From NCBI GenBank assembly GCA_964522265.1, contig CAZFVS010000014.1, positions 1 to 7,573 of the forward strand: a stretch of 7,573 bases of DNA. Direction: 5' to 3'. Source of the DNA: an uncultured Gammaproteobacteria bacterium (GTDB lineage: Bacteria; Patescibacteriota; Microgenomatia; Daviesbacterales; UBA10151). Positions within the stretch are counted from its first letter, which is position 1. Each line of letters begins with the position of its first letter. The notes below the pieces were generated by a model. That model was given only the letters and a program-made list of their open reading frames with translations. It ran no database searches and had not been told where the DNA came from. This document shows positions 5,342 through 7,573 of this stretch, in pieces. The position numbers and the translations under genes are program-made.

Positions 5342-6542
5342 GCAGTAATGCCGTTGCCAAAAGTCCTATCCCGAAAGTTATAAAAATCGTACTTACATCA
5401 AATTTTTCTCCGATTAATGTGAAAAGCAGAATGGGGATTGGGATGGTGGCGGAAATTGTTACTGTAACAAATGCAAAAACCCTGCCCATCATTTGAGGAG
5501 GGGTATTTTCCTGCAAAATCGTCCTTGAATGAACGGTTACGAAAACCGCGCATATTCCGACCAAAAAGGCTGAAATAGTCGTTATATACCTCAAAATTAA
5601 TGTCTGCATAAATTTAGTGCTCAAACCCAACCCAAAAATTACCAAGCCGAACAGAATAATCCCGATCAGTATCGAGTTGCCTCTGCCTATATATTTCTGC
5701 AGCTTGCCCATTATCGAAACACCTACTCCCAGCCCGGCTATCAGCGGAAGGATTAAAAAGTAGCTGATAGAGGTGGAAGGAAGTTTTAAGTAGTGTTTTA
5801 TGAAGTCTATAAAGATAATTGAAAGCATACCGACATTGAATTCAATCAAAGTTAATAACATAATTGAGAGCAAAATTTTTTTGTTGTTTTTTATCTTTAT
5901 AAATACCTCCTTGGTGAGATGCCATGTGGTTTTTATTATGTTGGTTGCAACCTTTGGTTTTTCAGTCTCTACTTTGCGCAAACTTAGAAGCAGAAAAAAA
6001 CCGATGGCAGGGAGGGAAGATGCGATTGCAAACGCTGATTTTGCACCCGCACCGCCAAGTCCGCCGAATAGCTGGATGACCGGACCGGCCAGGGCATAAC
6101 CAAACATTACAGATCCTAGGGCAGTGAATAAGAATAATGAATTGGCACGTCCAAGGTGTCTTCCGTCTACTATGACAGGGATGGTGGCAGCCTCAGCAGG
6201 GGTAAAAAATTGGGCTACCGATGAGGCAATAAATGCTACCAGAAGTAATGCCCAATAACTTTGGGTTGAGAAAATATAAAAGATAAAAAGCAAAGTTAAG
6301 AGGGCATCTGTGATGAGCATTAGTTTTTTTCGGTTAGACAGGTCGACAATACTGCCTGCATAAATGCCGACAAGAAAGGCCGGGAGAGTTATTACAGCAT
6401 AAAATTGTGCTAAAGCAAATCGGGACGCTGTGATATGGTCAATTACAAGAAGTGCTGTAAAACCGCTTAAGTTAAACGCAATCTGTAAAAGTATTTGATT
6501 GCCCCAAAGCTTTAAAAACTGGGTGTTTTTCAGCAAATCCAT
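5313..6542 (-). CDS. Major facilitator superfamily transporter (MFS_3/EntS-like architecture)
   Basis: The ORF is open from a TTG at 6557, but I prefer the ATG at 6542-6540 (MDLLKNTQFLKLWGNQ...), about 409 aa. It has roughly 12 hydrophobic helices and a motif-A-like loop, GSIVDLSNRKKLML, after TM2. The N-terminal F.KLWGNQ pattern is typical of this MFS subgroup. The 3' end overlaps the convergent GT4 gene by 29 nt. Confidence 0.85.
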   Translation of the reverse strand: MDLLKNTQFLKLWGNQILLQIAFNLSGFTALLVIDHITASRFALAQFYAVITLPAFLVGIYAGSIVDLSNRKKLMLITDALLTLLFIFYIFSTQSYWALLLVAFIASSVAQFFTPAEAATIPVIVDGRHLGRANSLFLFTALGSVMFGYALAGPVIQLFGGLGGAGAKSAFAIASSLPAIGFFLLLSLRKVETEKPKVATNIIKTTWHLTKEVFIKIKNNKKILLSIMLLTLIEFNVGMLSIIFIDFIKHYLKLPSTSISYFLILPLIAGLGVGVSIMGKLQKYIGRGNSILIGIILFGLVIFGLGLSTKFMQTLILRYITTISAFLVGICAVFVTVHSRTILQENTPPQMMGRVFAFVTVTISATIPIPILLFTLIGEKFDVSTIFITFGIGLLATALLLNRALKSLL

Positions 6543-6549
6543 ATCACCA

Positions 6550-6555
6550 ATTATC
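6550..6555 (-). promoter_or_regulatory. Putative -10 hexamer GATAAT (minus strand), 7 nt upstream of the MFS ATG
   Basis: The minus strand reads TGATAATTGATAATTGGTGAT-ATG. The proximal GATAAT is the complement of 6550-6555, and a second copy is the complement of 6557-6562. Inspection only. Confidence 0.25.
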
Positions 6556-6585
6556 AATTATCAGTAAACATTTATCAATTGTTAG

Positions 6586-6594
6586 TGTTAAAAT
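6586..6594 (+). promoter_or_regulatory. Putative extended -10 element TGtTAAAAT, 7 nt upstream of the mutM ATG
   Basis: TG at 6586-6587, one spacer base, then TAAAAT at 6589-6594. The ATG is at 6602 with no SD between. Confidence 0.3.
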
Positions 6595-6601
6595 ATTCGG
6601 T

Positions 6602-7567
6602 ATGCCTGAACTTCCTGAAGTTGAAACAATCCGGCTTGGTCTGCAGAGAAAAATTGTCGGGTTAAACATTGCGGAAATTACAGTTTTAAACACCAAGAGT
6701 TTTATTGGCGACCCTCAAAAAGTGCGGGGACAAAAAATACTCAAAATATGGAGAAGAGCAAAGATTTTAGGTATGGATTTGGATTCAGAACAATTCAGAA
6801 AAAATCAGAGAGTCAGTAAATCAGATGATCAGACAAACCGGATTTCCGGTTCTCCGAGTCGTTCCGAGTCATTCCGAAAGTATGGGTTGACCCTTCTTTT
6901 TCATCTCAAAATGTCAGGCCAGATTGTTTTTATCCGACATCCGAATTCTGAAATCCGAAATCCGGACTTTGTTGGAGGGCACCCGACGGAAGATATGGTG
7001 GGGGAATTGCCAAATAAATCAACGCGTGTGATATTTGAATTTTCAGATGGATCAAAACTTTACTTTAATGACCAGAGGAAATTTGGCTGGATCAAGCTCG
7101 GAAGTCAGATATCTGATTTCGGAAATCTGATATCCGTACTTGGACCTGAACCACTGGAAAAAAATTTTACCTGGGAGGTTTTGAAAAATAACCTTATGAG
7201 GCATAAAAGCATGGTTGTTAAAGTAGCTATTATGGATCAGACTGTTGTTTCGGGTGTGGGGAATATATATGCCAATGAGGCCTGTTTTGATGCCAAAATT
7301 GACCCGCGGATGAAAGTTGGCAGCATGGAGGATAGTCAATTCAAAAGGCTGCACAAGGGGATAATTAAATGCCTTAAAGATGGAATTAAATATGGAGGTT
7401 CAACAAAAGTTCATTTTGTCAACTCAGCAGGCAAAAAAGGATACTTTTTGGATTACGCTTATGTCTATTGGAGAGAAGGGGAGAGATGCAAAATTTGCGG
7501 CACTAAAATAGAAAAGATTAAGTTAGGCGGTAGAGGAACATATTTTTGCCCTAAATGCCAAAGATGA
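6602..7567 (+). CDS. mutM: Formamidopyrimidine-DNA glycosylase (Fpg/MutM) with lineage-specific insertions
   Basis: 321-aa ORF. The catalytic N-terminus MPELPEVE is present, as are RRAK, HLKMSG, FNDQRKFG and LGPEP. The H2TH region reads VVSGVGNIYANEACF. The C-terminal C4 zinc finger is CKICGTKIEKIKLGGRGTYFCPKCQ. It is about 40-50 aa longer than typical Fpg. Confidence 0.92.
   Translation: MPELPEVETIRLGLQRKIVGLNIAEITVLNTKSFIGDPQKVRGQKILKIWRRAKILGMDLDSEQFRKNQRVSKSDDQTNRISGSPSRSESFRKYGLTLLFHLKMSGQIVFIRHPNSEIRNPDFVGGHPTEDMVGELPNKSTRVIFEFSDGSKLYFNDQRKFGWIKLGSQISDFGNLISVLGPEPLEKNFTWEVLKNNLMRHKSMVVKVAIMDQTVVSGVGNIYANEACFDAKIDPRMKVGSMEDSQFKRLHKGIIKCLKDGIKYGGSTKVHFVNSAGKKGYFLDYAYVYWREGERCKICGTKIEKIKLGGRGTYFCPKCQR
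6783..6880 (+). repeat. Degenerate short-period repeat tract (10/8/10-nt units around TCAGA and TCCGA) forming the large mutM insertion
   Basis: The units are ATTCAGAACA (6783), ATTCAGAAAA (6793), AATCAGAGAG (6803), TCAGTAAA (6813), TCAGATGA (6821) and TCAGACAA (6829). These are followed by TCCGAGTCGT (6853), TCCGAGTCAT (6863) and TCCGAAAG (6873). Confidence 0.85.
6932..6966 (+). repeat. Five consecutive degenerate heptamer units within mutM
   Basis: The units ATCCGAC, ATCCGAA, TTCTGAA, ATCCGAA and ATCCGGA lie at 6932, 6939, 6946, 6953 and 6960. They encode IRHPNSEIRNPD. Confidence 0.85.
7105..7116. repeat. Perfect 12-bp palindrome TCAGATATCTGA inside mutM
   Basis: TCAGAT|ATCTGA lies at 7105-7116. 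ATCTGAT (7111-7117) recurs at 7125-7131, a 14-nt offset, and GATATC recurs at 7129-7134. Confidence 0.9.
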
Positions 7568-7573
7568 TGTATA

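Noticed and set aside
6782-6883. Possibility that the mutM insertion is an intein, a mobile-element scar or a sequencing or assembly artefact
   Set aside because: About 33 aa is far too short for an intein, and the junction residues lack intein splice motifs. There are no terminal inverted repeats or target-site duplications indicative of a MITE or IS scar. The reading frame and all downstream Fpg motifs are preserved, which argues against a random artefact. Repeat-driven expansion is the better explanation and is reported as a finding.
1-7573. Alternative genetic code (UGA recoding, as in some candidate phyla)
   Set aside because: TGA closes the MBL gene (3534-3536), the hypothetical gene (4245-4247) and mutM (7565-7567). 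In mutM the stop falls immediately after the zinc finger, at the position where the family normally ends. All major ORFs are uninterrupted under the standard code.
1-7573. CRISPR arrays, tRNA or rRNA genes, transposases, integrases, phage genes and recognisable defence-system enzymes
   Set aside because: There are no spaced direct repeats of CRISPR size. There are no RNA-gene-like conserved segments in the few short intergenic regions. No ORF carries DDE, tyrosine or serine recombinase, helicase, nuclease or ATPase signatures beyond the PIN domain. The window reads as mixed housekeeping and accessory genes rather than a defence island.

Overview
AT-rich, tightly packed bacterial window that uses the standard genetic code, since TGA closes several well-supported ORFs at family-typical termini. 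The small genes, many unassignable membrane or charged proteins and near-absent Shine-Dalgarno motifs resemble a reduced-genome (CPR/Patescibacteria-like) organism, but taxonomy cannot be established from this sequence alone. I support ten CDSs. They are a PIN/VapC-like toxin (3-437), a short HicB-family antitoxin (553-801), a polytopic membrane protein (874-1782, minus), and a same-strand gene string 1821-5341. The string holds a distant MYG1/UPF0160-like hydrolase, a small tail-anchored peptide, an MBL-fold hydrolase, an unassignable charged helical protein and a GT4 glycosyltransferase, the last two joined by an ATGA overlap. The remaining two are an MFS transporter (5313-6542, minus) and mutM/fpg (6602-7567). 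I found no tRNA, rRNA, CRISPR array, transposase, integrase or convincing intrinsic terminator. I see no clear multi-gene novel system such as a defence island. Five smaller signals are worth a second look. (1) mutM has in-frame insertions built from short periodic TCAGA/TCCGA repeats. (2) The glycosyltransferase contains a perfect (GAATCAA)x4 heptamer tract. (3) A 27-codon ORF coupled to hicB looks like a HicA toxin with its core deleted. (4) A -10-like hexamer sits 5-7 nt upstream of five start codons with no SD, suggesting leaderless mRNAs; one case is a palindromic bidirectional promoter. (5) The MBL gene carries a canonical G-quadruplex motif on its sense strand. All functional calls come from motif recognition by eye and need HMM or structure confirmation.
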